Shown piece after piece: positions 28,181 through 36,916 of a DNA stretch of 64,000 bases (within the stretch, counting starts at the first letter, position 1; each line of letters opens with the position of its first letter). Under the pieces are notes generated by a model that saw only the letters and a list, made by a program, of their open reading frames with translations, was not told the DNA's origin and made no database searches. The stretch is from a virus. The stretch is from IMG/VR virus record IMGVR_UViG_3300029267_002377, positions 44,854 to 108,853 of that record; one strand, given 5' to 3'. A program made the position numbers and the translations under genes.

Positions 28181-28226
28181 TGTGTTAATGACATTTTAAT
28201 ATATTGTCTCAATAAGGAATATAATT

Positions 28227-30368
28227 ATGCCAGATATTAGTCTCTACTTTACCAAAGCTTCTTTGCACGACGACGGCACCATGCACTGGGCTGCTACTGT
28301 TTCAGATACAGGAGAAGACAACCACAAAGAGCGAGTGGACCGAGCTTTTTTCGACAATGCTGTTGCTCATGCCGAAGAAATGGATATGATGCCGTATGCT
28401 TGTGTTTCGCATTATGACTTCGCCGGTAAGGGAATTCCTGACGAAGATTGGATAGCTGGGCCTTCCACTGTGATTTACCCGGATGGCGAGAAGTTCAAAG
28501 CAAAAGGTACTTTCTGGCCGACTGAACTGGGTAAGGCGGCCTTTACCGCAGTTCAGGAGGATATTAAAAACGATGTTCCGCATGATGAGAGAGTCCGTAT
28601 TTCGATGGGCTTCTATGATAGAACCAAGGAAGAGGAAAAGTCAGAGGCTACCGAGAAAGGCTCTCGGCGTGTTTATAGAGATGGGATTATCAAACATTTT
28701 GCATTAACTCGAGTTCCTGTTCTACCGCGGACAGAGATCGAGGCCTGGAAGGAGAAAAGTATGGTTACAAAGAAAGAAGACGCTGCTTCGATCGTTGGCG
28801 ATGAGTGGGCTGAGAAGTTAGAGCAATATTCCAGTCAAGTCGGCAAGTCTGAGGCAGGAGAGGAGGGGCTAGTCTTTAAGGGTGAGGATGTTGAGAAGGC
28901 AAAGCGCAAGAAGGTGGATAAAGACTTTGAGTACGAAAAGGAGGAACCTGGCAAGGAGACAATGGCCGAGGAAATGTGGACAGAGACTCCGGAGGAAGCC
29001 GAGGTTCCCGGACTAGATCAAGAAGCTAAGAAAGAGAATGAGGAAGAGCTTAAGAAACGAAAGAAACAGAAGTCCGAAGTGGAAAAGGCCCGGGGAGAGG
29101 GACAAGGAGTAGGTGGTCCAAAGCAAGGCGACGGTGGACCTGCTGAATGCGTTTGCCCAGAGTGCGGAGCCACAGCTCCTCACGAAGCAGGAACTCCTTG
29201 TACGAGTGTCACCTGCCCTGAGTGCGGTGCTAAGATGAGTGGAGTTGAAAAAGCTGAACTCATCGAGCTGATGATAAAGGAAGAGGATGGGGAGGTTGTC
29301 CTTTATTCAAGTAAGGGGGACAAAGTCCTAGGTAGGTTTCCTTATGGTAAGGGCAAAAAATATAAAGATAAAAAGGCCGCCCGAGCAGCTGCACACAAAC
29401 AAGAGGGAGTGGTCCAAGCCATTAAGGCTGGGAAATTCCGAGGCAAAAAGTCCGAAGCTGAGGACGGGGCGCCTAGTTTGGATGAAGCTGTGGTTGAGGA
29501 GGCTGAGGAACAATCTGAGGCAGTTGAGAAAGCAGGCCGCAAGGTTTCAGACGCTCGTCTAAAGGCTTTCGAGGATATGCAACGGCGTCTGAGTGAGCTG
29601 GGCGGGATGGTTACTTCACTGAACGAGGATATGGAAACTTGGTACAAAGACGCTCAGTACACCCCAGAAGCAGTTGTCGGTACAAGCACGGAAATGCAAC
29701 CACTTCCTGAGAACCCAGCTATTTCGATTTTAGAAGAAACTCCAGCCACTGGAGGAGAAGTTATGGCAGCAGATTTTGATGATAACATGACAAGGTTCGC
29801 AGAAGGCGTCTACAACGCAGTTACTGAAGGTGATTTGTCAGTGGCACAAGACGCGTTAAATCAGATCGCAGAAGCAATTAAATCGGAGATTACATCTATG
29901 GCAGAAGTCGGCGGTTCGGAAGCCGAGCCTGAGGAACGTGTTAAGGCTGAAGGAGTAGAGCCACCTGCCACCACACCTCTAGATGTTTTCAATATAAAGG
30001 TCAAAAGTGTGCTCGGGAGCGAGGAGCTAGACCGGAGGGGCAAGTTACAAGCCTGTCAGGAAGCGCTCGGAGATTTGGGGAATTGGATGCAGCAATCAGT
30101 CATCCAAGAGACCCCACCTTCAATGGGCGACATCCGGGAGGTTATTGTAGCTGCAGTAAATGAGGGCACAAGGCCGCTAGTGCAAGAGAATGCAACCTTG
30201 AAGGCGGAACTGGAGGATCTGAGAAACCAAATCAGCAAACCGGTAGCTGAGGCGGCGCCAATCAGGAAATCTATGTACCGCTCGAGTGGTCCTGCTCCAG
30301 AACCGAAGGAAAGCTACTCTGCCAAAGAGATCGCACGGATGACCACACCACCTGGTGTAATATACTAG
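28227..30368 (+). CDS. prohead protease-scaffold fusion
   Basis: N-terminal protease-like domain (VSHY, ISMGF, HFALTRVPV), long acidic/coiled-coil region with CPECG zinc ribbon; directly precedes the capsid gene. Confidence 0.7.
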   Translation: MPDISLYFTKASLHDDGTMHWAATVSDTGEDNHKERVDRAFFDNAVAHAEEMDMMPYACVSHYDFAGKGIPDEDWIAGPSTVIYPDGEKFKAKGTFWPTELGKAAFTAVQEDIKNDVPHDERVRISMGFYDRTKEEEKSEATEKGSRRVYRDGIIKHFALTRVPVLPRTEIEAWKEKSMVTKKEDAASIVGDEWAEKLEQYSSQVGKSEAGEEGLVFKGEDVEKAKRKKVDKDFEYEKEEPGKETMAEEMWTETPEEAEVPGLDQEAKKENEEELKKRKKQKSEVEKARGEGQGVGGPKQGDGGPAECVCPECGATAPHEAGTPCTSVTCPECGAKMSGVEKAELIELMIKEEDGEVVLYSSKGDKVLGRFPYGKGKKYKDKKAARAAAHKQEGVVQAIKAGKFRGKKSEAEDGAPSLDEAVVEEAEEQSEAVEKAGRKVSDARLKAFEDMQRRLSELGGMVTSLNEDMETWYKDAQYTPEAVVGTSTEMQPLPENPAISILEETPATGGEVMAADFDDNMTRFAEGVYNAVTEGDLSVAQDALNQIAEAIKSEITSMAEVGGSEAEPEERVKAEGVEPPATTPLDVFNIKVKSVLGSEELDRRGKLQACQEALGDLGNWMQQSVIQETPPSMGDIREVIVAAVNEGTRPLVQENATLKAELEDLRNQISKPVAEAAPIRKSMYRSSGPAPEPKESYSAKEIARMTTPPGVIY

Positions 30369-30405
30369 GTGGAAACACTTTAAAAACTAAATAAGGAGGT
30401 GCAAC

Positions 30406-31667
30406 GTGGAACTCTTGGTTCCTACGATTACCGATATCGTGACCAAGAGTGCCGCCGACATCGCAGGTCGTCGTGAACCTGCCGAAGGTCCGAACATCGA
30501 GGACATTGTTGCTAGGGCCGTGTTACAGGTGCGAGAGGCTAAGGGCGGCGAGGACTTGACCATGACCGAGATGCAGCAGGTTGCTCAGTCTGTTTATGAG
30601 AACCTGAACCAGCCGGAGCCGGAAGGCGATCCCGCTGTGGAAGTCATCAAGGGAATGGTTGAGAAGACCCAAACCGACCCAAATATCCTGCCTCAGCCCT
30701 ATACGCAGCCCGCAGACTTCTCTAACCAGTATCCTCAGCCTCTAGATCCGACTGAGGTTTTGGACATGTGTGAGGAGATCACAGTCTGGAAGACGTTGCC
30801 TGAAGTGGTGACCGATTACAACTCAGATAGCTGGCGAGAGATGACCAGCCTGAGCTTCGACACCACGGGGGAGGCGTCCCATGGCTTCTTCACTAAAGGA
30901 GCTTGTCCGGACGAGACCACGCATGAGGGTGAGACGACTACAATTGCCCGCAAGTACATCGGCAGTTATGAGTCTATCACCTACGAGGACTTACGTCACT
31001 CGATAGCAGTCGCACGCGCGCAGGGATTGGGGATCAGCCGACTTTCTCTAGACTCTGGAATCGAAACAGTGATCGGAGTCAAAGAGAAGATGATGAAACT
31101 CCAGGAAGTGACTGTGCTGAACAAGTGGGACCTCGCCCTGGTCAAGGGAGCAATCGCTACAGTTGCGAACGCTTTCGACGGGATCGAGACCCAAGTCACA
31201 TCTGCAAACGGTGCGCGGACCAACAGCAACCCGACCGGGACCTATGACGAGGAAGAGTTCGACAACTTCCTCGCTGCTGGGTGTGCAAGACCCACCCACA
31301 TCTTCGGTCACCCCAAAGCTCTCCGAGCCATCGCTATCGGCTACCTGAGCTTGGGCGCCACCGGAGGGACACAGCCCGTCCAAATGATCCAGATCAACCA
31401 GGACCGCGGAGGCATCGTGGCTGGCTTCACGCTAGCTCCGAGAATCCAGACGTTCGTAGGAGAGTTGATCCTGGTTCCGGACTTCCGGTTCACTGCCACG
31501 ACGACGGGGGCAGATATATTTAGCTCGACGGTGTATCCATTAAGAGTTTATCATAATGGAGAACCTATTGTGTATAAGAGTACACAAACACCATTAAGTT
31601 ATGTAGATCTGCCAAGAGGCTGTACAGCTTTTGCCTTTGAAATCTACGCGGTGACTGCACTAGTGAT
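30406..31667 (+). CDS. major capsid protein, exon 1
   Basis: Strong AAGGAGGT RBS, position after the scaffold, AFDGIETQV motif. Confidence 0.75.
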
Positions 31668-31909
31668 AAACGCTTTGTCACTTAACTCCGTGAATTCGGC
31701 GAAACTCCCACTGGGACAACGCCGAGCCAAGCCAGAAGGGAAACTTTTTGGTGGGTGTAGAGACTAGGAGTGCGCCTGAACCGAGAGGTATGGCAATAAT
31801 TCTCCCACGAGCGCGGGGCGTTCAGAAATGAGCGAAGACATAGTCCGAGCTTACTGGTAACAGTAAGAAATAGAGGGTTAAACACCTTTATGATAACAAA
31901 GATATTTAG
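31668..31909 (+). mobile_element. ORF-less group I intron (242 nt)
   Basis: P GAATTCGGCGAAAC, Q AACGCCGAGC, R GTGTAGAGACTAG, S AAGACATAGTCC; P1 GTGAT/GTCAC with U-G pair at the splice site; terminal G; P10 GCTTT/AAAGC. Confidence 0.9.
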
Positions 31910-32003
31910 AAAGCATATGTGTGCGCAAGCCGCCTACACGGCAAGCTTTGCAGGTCACCTTGGCACCGGCTGCAGCATCGTCGGGGGCACTTCATTCACC
32001 TAG
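31910..32003 (+). CDS. major capsid protein, exon 2
   Basis: Splicing restores the frame: ..TALVIKHMCAQAAYTASFAGHLGTGCSIVGGTSFT* (451 aa total). Confidence 0.85.
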
Positions 32004-32058
32004 AGGTTAAGATTCTAATCGTCTTTAGGACGTGTCGCAATATCAAGGGGAGATTCAG

Positions 32059-32976
32059 TTAATGAATCTCCCCTTCTACTTTATCTTCCATGTATAGAGA
32101 TAATGCTAGTTCCCATTGATCCGGGAGGCATGTCGTCTTGGAGTGACAGTTTCTACACAATGCTATCAAGTTTTGGGGGTCATTATTTTCTTTGTCTCCA
32201 TCTATGTGGTGAACGGATAATGCTTCTCCGTTCTCTTCCTCAGTCTTTCCGCACATCTGGCAGGTTTGATCTCTCTGACGGATCTGAAATTTCAATCTCT
32301 CATCGAATTCCCCACCATACTCGCTGTCTAGACAGGAACCATCTCTGTACCAGTGGTGCTCTTCTCCTGATACGACTTCTCTGGACTCGTAAAATTTTTC
32401 TTTTCTTTCTGGGTCCTGGATAAATTTTCTATGACCCGCCCGTAACTTTTGTACTTTCTCGGGCTGCTCCTCGAACACTTTCTTATGTATCCCGCTCAGT
32501 TTCTCTCTGAACTCTGGATCTTTGTATCTTTCTTCATTCCTTCTTTTAGCTGCACAACTTCTGCATCGAGGACTTGTTGGGGATAGTTTCTCTCCTTCAC
32601 AATCTGGGCAGATGTAGTCCTTTGGTTTATACTTGTTGGGACGCTTGGATCGTATATACTTAGCGTGTTTCGAGTACTCGGGAGAATTTTGATATACTTC
32701 ATAGCAGGTTTTGCATCTTTCTCCCTGGCACGGCTCCCCGCAGTCCTTACAGAACTTTTGGTTTCTTTTTACTCCGGTTCTGCGGGCACGTGATATAGCA
32801 GATCCAGATTTCCTGCTGGAATGTTTACTAACTGTTCGTGCATGTGGAAACTGCAGTTTGAAGGCACTCATTGTCATTTGGTGCCTAAACTTTAGATGTT
32901 TCCAAGTGATTCTGGACATTTGCTCACCACAGATTGGACATACTACATAATCGGTTTCTTCGTTTTTCATTCTCAA
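32059..32976 (-). CDS. free-standing HNH endonuclease with zinc fingers
   Basis: CQMCG..LSVHHIDGDKENNDPQNLIALCRNCH. Confidence 0.9.
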   Translation of the reverse strand: MRMKNEETDYVVCPICGEQMSRITWKHLKFRHQMTMSAFKLQFPHARTVSKHSSRKSGSAISRARRTGVKRNQKFCKDCGEPCQGERCKTCYEVYQNSPEYSKHAKYIRSKRPNKYKPKDYICPDCEGEKLSPTSPRCRSCAAKRRNEERYKDPEFREKLSGIHKKVFEEQPEKVQKLRAGHRKFIQDPERKEKFYESREVVSGEEHHWYRDGSCLDSEYGGEFDERLKFQIRQRDQTCQMCGKTEEENGEALSVHHIDGDKENNDPQNLIALCRNCHSKTTCLPDQWELALSLYMEDKVEGEIH

Positions 32977-33836
32977 TCTTCCTCTGGCTTCTCAAATACC
33001 AGTACATATTCATGGGTTCTTATTAACCACCTGTTACCTTTTTCAAAGTTTCCGACTCGCATAGTTGCCTGAGTTCCAATGTGGTTGACCACAATCTCTT
33101 CTCTCAGTTTAAACCCCACCTCTTTGTGGAGTCTGGCTATATCATGGTTCATTGCCAGTAGTTCACCGTCTGTATTTCTATGAAGCCCCACAACCCAGCA
33201 TGATAGAGATCCTGGGTTCATTACTCCAAAGCAACCAGTTATGACTTGGCGAAGGGCGGCCAAGAATTCATCGTATGTCTCCAGCATGGATAGATCCTGA
33301 AGTCCCCCTTTGTACTGCTCCAGGTTCCAGTAAGGTGGGCAAGTTATTAAGAAATCTCCAAAGTTGTGGCCAACAAGCTCTAGACAATCTCTCGCATCAC
33401 CTTCTATAATGTTTAGCCCTTCTGTTAAGTTTTTTACTCTTTCCGCTTCTTCATGGCGTAATTCAATGCCTGTATACTTGAGTCCGTGTTTTGCAGCTAG
33501 TACGGCTCTAGTTCCGCCACCTGCGAAAGGGTCAAAGCATATCCCTGATTGAGGAGCAAAACAATTAAGGATCCAGACGCATAGTTGTGGGTTAAATATA
33601 CTTTCTGTGTGTTTACCGCGATACCAACTTTTGCTTTGAGGATCGGGTTTCGATAGACATCCTCTTCTTGCCTGTCCTGTGTCTCCTATCTCTTTTTTCA
33701 ATCTCCTATATAAAGGATCTTGATGGTCACAAGGCCAAACAGTCAGGGGCCAGATCCCAAAGCGTTCTTTGGCTGTTTTAAATATCTGGTTGTCCCAATC
33801 ATCCTCCCACAAGTATGGCATCTCATACTTAGACAT
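32973..33836 (-). CDS. N4/N6 DNA methyltransferase
   Basis: DPFAGGG, TCPPYW, HEYVLVF. Confidence 0.85.
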   Translation of the reverse strand: MSKYEMPYLWEDDWDNQIFKTAKERFGIWPLTVWPCDHQDPLYRRLKKEIGDTGQARRGCLSKPDPQSKSWYRGKHTESIFNPQLCVWILNCFAPQSGICFDPFAGGGTRAVLAAKHGLKYTGIELRHEEAERVKNLTEGLNIIEGDARDCLELVGHNFGDFLITCPPYWNLEQYKGGLQDLSMLETYDEFLAALRQVITGCFGVMNPGSLSCWVVGLHRNTDGELLAMNHDIARLHKEVGFKLREEIVVNHIGTQATMRVGNFEKGNRWLIRTHEYVLVFEKPEED

Positions 33837-33856
33837 TTTCAATCCCCCTATAAAAC

Positions 33857-33983
33857 AACAAACCCCACCAGCCTTTGTCAGCACAACGACATCCGTTGTA
33901 AGGTGGTGGGATTTGTTTGCTAATTATTTAGATGTCGTTTACGCTGACACCTTTACTCTATCACACCTTCGCTACCTTGTCAA
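33857..33983 (-). promoter_or_regulatory. promoter plus structured (pseudoknot/switch) 5' leader
   Basis: TTGACA-17-TAGAGT on the minus strand; helices 33876-33894/33930-33949 and 33857-33870/33904-33917. Confidence 0.6.
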
Positions 33984-34234
33984 TCCTGATCGTTTGAGTA
34001 GTCTTTTTTCGCTTTAGCTAACGCCCAGCCCGCCTGGAACATGGTGGGGGCCAGATCTTTGCAGGAGAATTCTTTGATTTTAAATAGATCCCAGGGTGAT
34101 TCCATTGTTAGTATTTCTGGGTGTTTGGGAATAAGTAGAAGTATTCTTCTGCTCAGCTCATCGGCAGTGTCTATGTAAGTTTCTACACTCATCGGGGGCC
34201 TCCTTTCTAAGGTTTCCGCATCTCCATATCCCAA
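33980..34234 (-). CDS. hypothetical protein (start probably MSVET)
   Basis: ORF in the leftward operon with GAAAGGAGG RBS. Confidence 0.55.
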   Translation of the reverse strand: MGYGDAETLERRPPMSVETYIDTADELSRRILLLIPKHPEILTMESPWDLFKIKEFSCKDLAPTMFQAGWALAKAKKDYSNDQD

Positions 34235-34431
34235 TCTGGCTCCTCAACTTCAATCCAAGGGTTCTCCTCTAACTGGTCTGTAATAATAGTCAGCAGCTCA
34301 TATTTAGGCAGGAAACAGACCAGTTTTGGAGAGTAGAGCAAGTTATGCTTGGTACCTTGTACACAAACAAGCAAATCCCCGTGTATGCTCCGGATCTCCT
34401 CTAGTTGGTAGATCAGTTCTGAGGTTTTCAT
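34207..34431 (-). CDS. hypothetical protein, paralog of 18502-18720
   Basis: MKTSELIYQLEEIRSIHGDL. Confidence 0.6.
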   Translation of the reverse strand: MKTSELIYQLEEIRSIHGDLLVCVQGTKHNLLYSPKLVCFLPKYELLTIITDQLEENPWIEVEEPDWDMEMRKP

Positions 34432-34616
34432 TCTGCCATGCTCATGATTAAGTAGAGCATTTGGGTTACATCCTTGAGTATTTCCTCATCTCTACCCTCA
34501 GGACTCTTGGCGATCCTTTGGTCAAAGAATGCTACAGCTTTGTCAATTCCGAGAGCTTCCGCGTAATCACGGTAAGTTCCCAATGTACTGGGGCTCCCGT
34601 CAGATAAGGTTCTCAT
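34428..34616 (-). CDS. hypothetical protein
   Basis: MRTLSDGSPSTLGTY with AAGGAG RBS. Confidence 0.55.
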   Translation of the reverse strand: MRTLSDGSPSTLGTYRDYAEALGIDKAVAFFDQRIAKSPEGRDEEILKDVTQMLYLIMSMAE

Positions 34617-34900
34617 TGTTTTCTCCTTTCTATTTCCTCCCTCCCTGGGATCCTCCTTTGCCTCCTCCCTTCCCGCCACCTGCCGGCTTAGAACCACCTT
34701 TTGGCTTTGTCCTGGTTTCTTTCCCATTTAAATCACCTCCATTCTCGTTATTTTTTGAATCCGCACCCAACCCCAGTCCGCCCAGCTCATACACTTTGGA
34801 CAGGTCATCTCTTCCTTCTCCTCTTGGACTTTCGAATAGGTTTAGTACATTTTGGCGCGGGCCTTTTCTTCTTCCCATCGGGTCCTTGGCTTTCCGGCCA

Positions 34901-35113
34901 TCACTTCCTCCAGAGATACAGATTACGAATTTGAATAATTAGATTTACAGCGCAAGGTAGTAGTAGAGGCCATTGGTTATTGAGTATGTTGTATAGTATC
35001 CATACTGCTGTGGCTAGCATTGAGATTACTGGAGCCCACTTATGTTTGTTTCCATATAACCAAAAGCCAATGTTAGCGATGACAGTACCAGTAACAGATA
35101 GTGCCCAGCTCAT
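34901..35113 (-). CDS. small three-TM membrane protein
   Basis: Three hydrophobic segments; ends RNLYLW. Confidence 0.6.
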   Translation of the reverse strand: MSWALSVTGTVIANIGFWLYGNKHKWAPVISMLATAVWILYNILNNQWPLLLPCAVNLIIQIRNLYLWRK

Positions 35114-35331
35114 TATTTCCTCCAGCTCTTCGAGGAGTTCGGTTTTCTGGTACCTTGGTATCCTCTCAATTTATGCCGCCGATTATTCTTGGTGGTTTGG
35201 GTTGTTTTGGCTATCTTCCTCAACCGGCGGTTCTTGGCTTTCTTCTTCTTCCGCCGGATGATAGACTCGATAATCCACTGAGGCGTAGGTCCACAGGGAT
35301 CGTTGTAAATGCTAACCTCTGCTATTTTCAT
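35113..35331 (-). CDS. basic hypothetical protein
   Basis: K/R-rich; coupled to its neighbours. Confidence 0.45.
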   Translation of the reverse strand: MKIAEVSIYNDPCGPTPQWIIESIIRRKKKKAKNRRLRKIAKTTQTTKNNRRHKLRGYQGTRKPNSSKSWRK

Positions 35332-35497
35332 TTTCGACCTCCTCTAGTATGAACGAGATTAGCTGAACAGAATAGTTTTGAGGATCGAGAGCTAATAAAG
35401 AAGTCAGCCGCTCTTTACTGTCTCCCTCACTCATTCCGTTCTGCCTATAAAACTGATAGAGTCCATTAGCTATTTGGATTGGGCTTTTGAGATCCAT
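35312..35497 (-). CDS. hypothetical protein
   Basis: ORF in the leftward operon. Confidence 0.5.
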   Translation of the reverse strand: MDLKSPIQIANGLYQFYRQNGMSEGDSKERLTSLLALDPQNYSVQLISFILEEVENENSRG

Positions 35498-35594
35498 ATC
35501 TTCTTTTTGTACCTTGGGCAGTTAGGGTTAACACGCATATAATAAATTCCACTCCTGGTTCGAACAGTTAGCGGTTCATCACAGACTGAGCACC

Positions 35595-35786
35595 TCACGT
35601 CTGATTCTCTACTCCTGCTCGGGACGGGAGGGCTGTCTCATCAGTGAAGTCTTCTCCGCAGTCAAGGCAGCGATGATTGCCATGGTTGTCGCTTGTGAAC
35701 TGAGTGCTTTCACAGTGAGGGCATCGTTTTGAGTAGTAGTTTATAAACTTGATGATCTCTTCTCGTTGTTCTAGACTAATAGCCAT
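35595..35786 (-). CDS. zinc-ribbon protein
   Basis: CPHC..CLDCG; GAGGAG RBS. Confidence 0.55.
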   Translation of the reverse strand: MAISLEQREEIIKFINYYSKRCPHCESTQFTSDNHGNHRCLDCGEDFTDETALPSRAGVENQT

Positions 35787-35817
35787 GCTAATCTCCTCAA
35801 AAAATTTTTAAAAATTC

Positions 35818-36234
35818 TTATACCGGCCAAATATACTCAATCTTGGGCTCCTCACTCCACCCAAACTGCCCGTACCACTCGGGGTCCTTAGCCAGCAGAG
35901 CAGCGCGGTGGCTGGAGTGAAAATCTTCATCTCCAAGCCAAGGTGGATTGTACAACTGGTCGGGAAACTTTCCTATTGACTTGAGTATCTTTGAGTAACA
36001 GGTATCCTTGTATCCCCGGATCTTCCACCAAATGCAGATGGTAAGTCCATAGTCTATGAGCGCGCTACCATACCCCCTCCACATCTTCACTGCAGGATGA
36101 TTCTGCCAACCCACAGTTGGGTCAGTGAGAGCAGTTAGGATGGATAGTACTTCCCTTCTCTGGTTGCCAAGTCTCTTATTATCAAGGCACCTGGCTGATT
36201 CGATGAAACTCGGGTAAGGTAAAAAAGTCTGCAT
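35818..36234 (-). CDS. pyrimidine-dimer DNA glycosylase-like protein (MSMEG_6728 family)
   Basis: MQTFLPY..LDNKRLGNQR..HPAVKMWRG..PPWLG..SHRAALLAKDP. Confidence 0.85.
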   Translation of the reverse strand: MQTFLPYPSFIESARCLDNKRLGNQRREVLSILTALTDPTVGWQNHPAVKMWRGYGSALIDYGLTICIWWKIRGYKDTCYSKILKSIGKFPDQLYNPPWLGDEDFHSSHRAALLAKDPEWYGQFGWSEEPKIEYIWPV

Positions 36235-36373
36235 AGCTAGGATTGGCTTTTATTCCTCCGGCCAGTACGCCTCACTTTTTCAACTTTTTGGCGCTTCCTA
36301 AGCCGATCTCCCCTTCCAGATTCGTTCTGTGTGCTTCTTCGAACTCGTTGTTTTGACATTGTAACCTACTAAA

Positions 36374-36451
36374 CGCCAGAAGCAGGATTCGAACCTGCAC
36401 GCCCGTATTCAGGCACACTCTCGTGCTCGTCTACCGTTCCGACATTCTGAC
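36374..36451 (-). tRNA. class II (Leu-like) tRNA-like gene without an anticodon loop
   Basis: Acceptor GTCAGAA/TTCTGGC, D loop GGTAGAC, long variable arm, T arm GCAGG-TTCGAAT-CCTGC; anticodon arm is only CAC-GAGA-GTG. Confidence 0.7.
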
Positions 36452-36454
36452 GTT

Positions 36455-36795
36455 GCCTGCCCACCGCGCCCCCTTCCGCTAAGGCGTGGGTCTCCACGAC
36501 CCTGACCCGTCAGTCAAGCGGCACTCCCCCAGCGCTTCGAGTGCTTTCCCTAGAAGGTCGCGGCCACAGGCTGGACGGTGTTGGCAGAGGTTCGCCATTT
36601 TCTCTTTGCCCGATTGCACCCCCAGTGAATTAAGAGGCTGGCCACCTCGGGCCAAGCGGGTGGGGCCTAAGGCCTTGCCCTCTGCTTGGGTGTGTTAGTT
36701 AGGTAGGCTGGAGACGCTCAAACAATTATGGGAGGTTGCAATCTCACAGAGGTCTAGCCTCCAGTTCTGACCCATACACTACCAGATCCTAACAC
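36455..36795 (-). ncRNA. large structured RNA(s) of unknown class
   Basis: Begins just after the leftward promoter; many nested helices and possible pseudoknots; no credible ORF. Confidence 0.6.
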
Positions 36796-36801
36796 AATAC
36801 A

Positions 36802-36829
36802 ATTATAACATAGAATCTACATTTGTCAA
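36802..36829 (-). promoter_or_regulatory. consensus leftward promoter
   Basis: TTGACA-16-TATAAT with TGn. Confidence 0.85.
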
Positions 36830-36860
36830 GAGGTCGAACCTTAAAATTTTCAGTTGCCTC

Positions 36861-36889
36861 TTGACAAAAACTGAATTCTGTGTTATAAT
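36861..36889 (+). promoter_or_regulatory. consensus rightward promoter
   Basis: TTGACA-17-TATAAT with TGn. Confidence 0.9.
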
Positions 36890-36916
36890 GTAATCAAATA
36901 CAATGAAAGGAGCTGC

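Noticed and set aside
31668-31767. ORF-track C-terminus of the capsid protein (NALSLNSV...GGCRD)
   Set aside because: It is translated group I intron sequence.
8502-36451. A phage-encoded tRNA-Sec or UGA suppressor
   Set aside because: Neither tRNA-like element shows a UCA anticodon loop.
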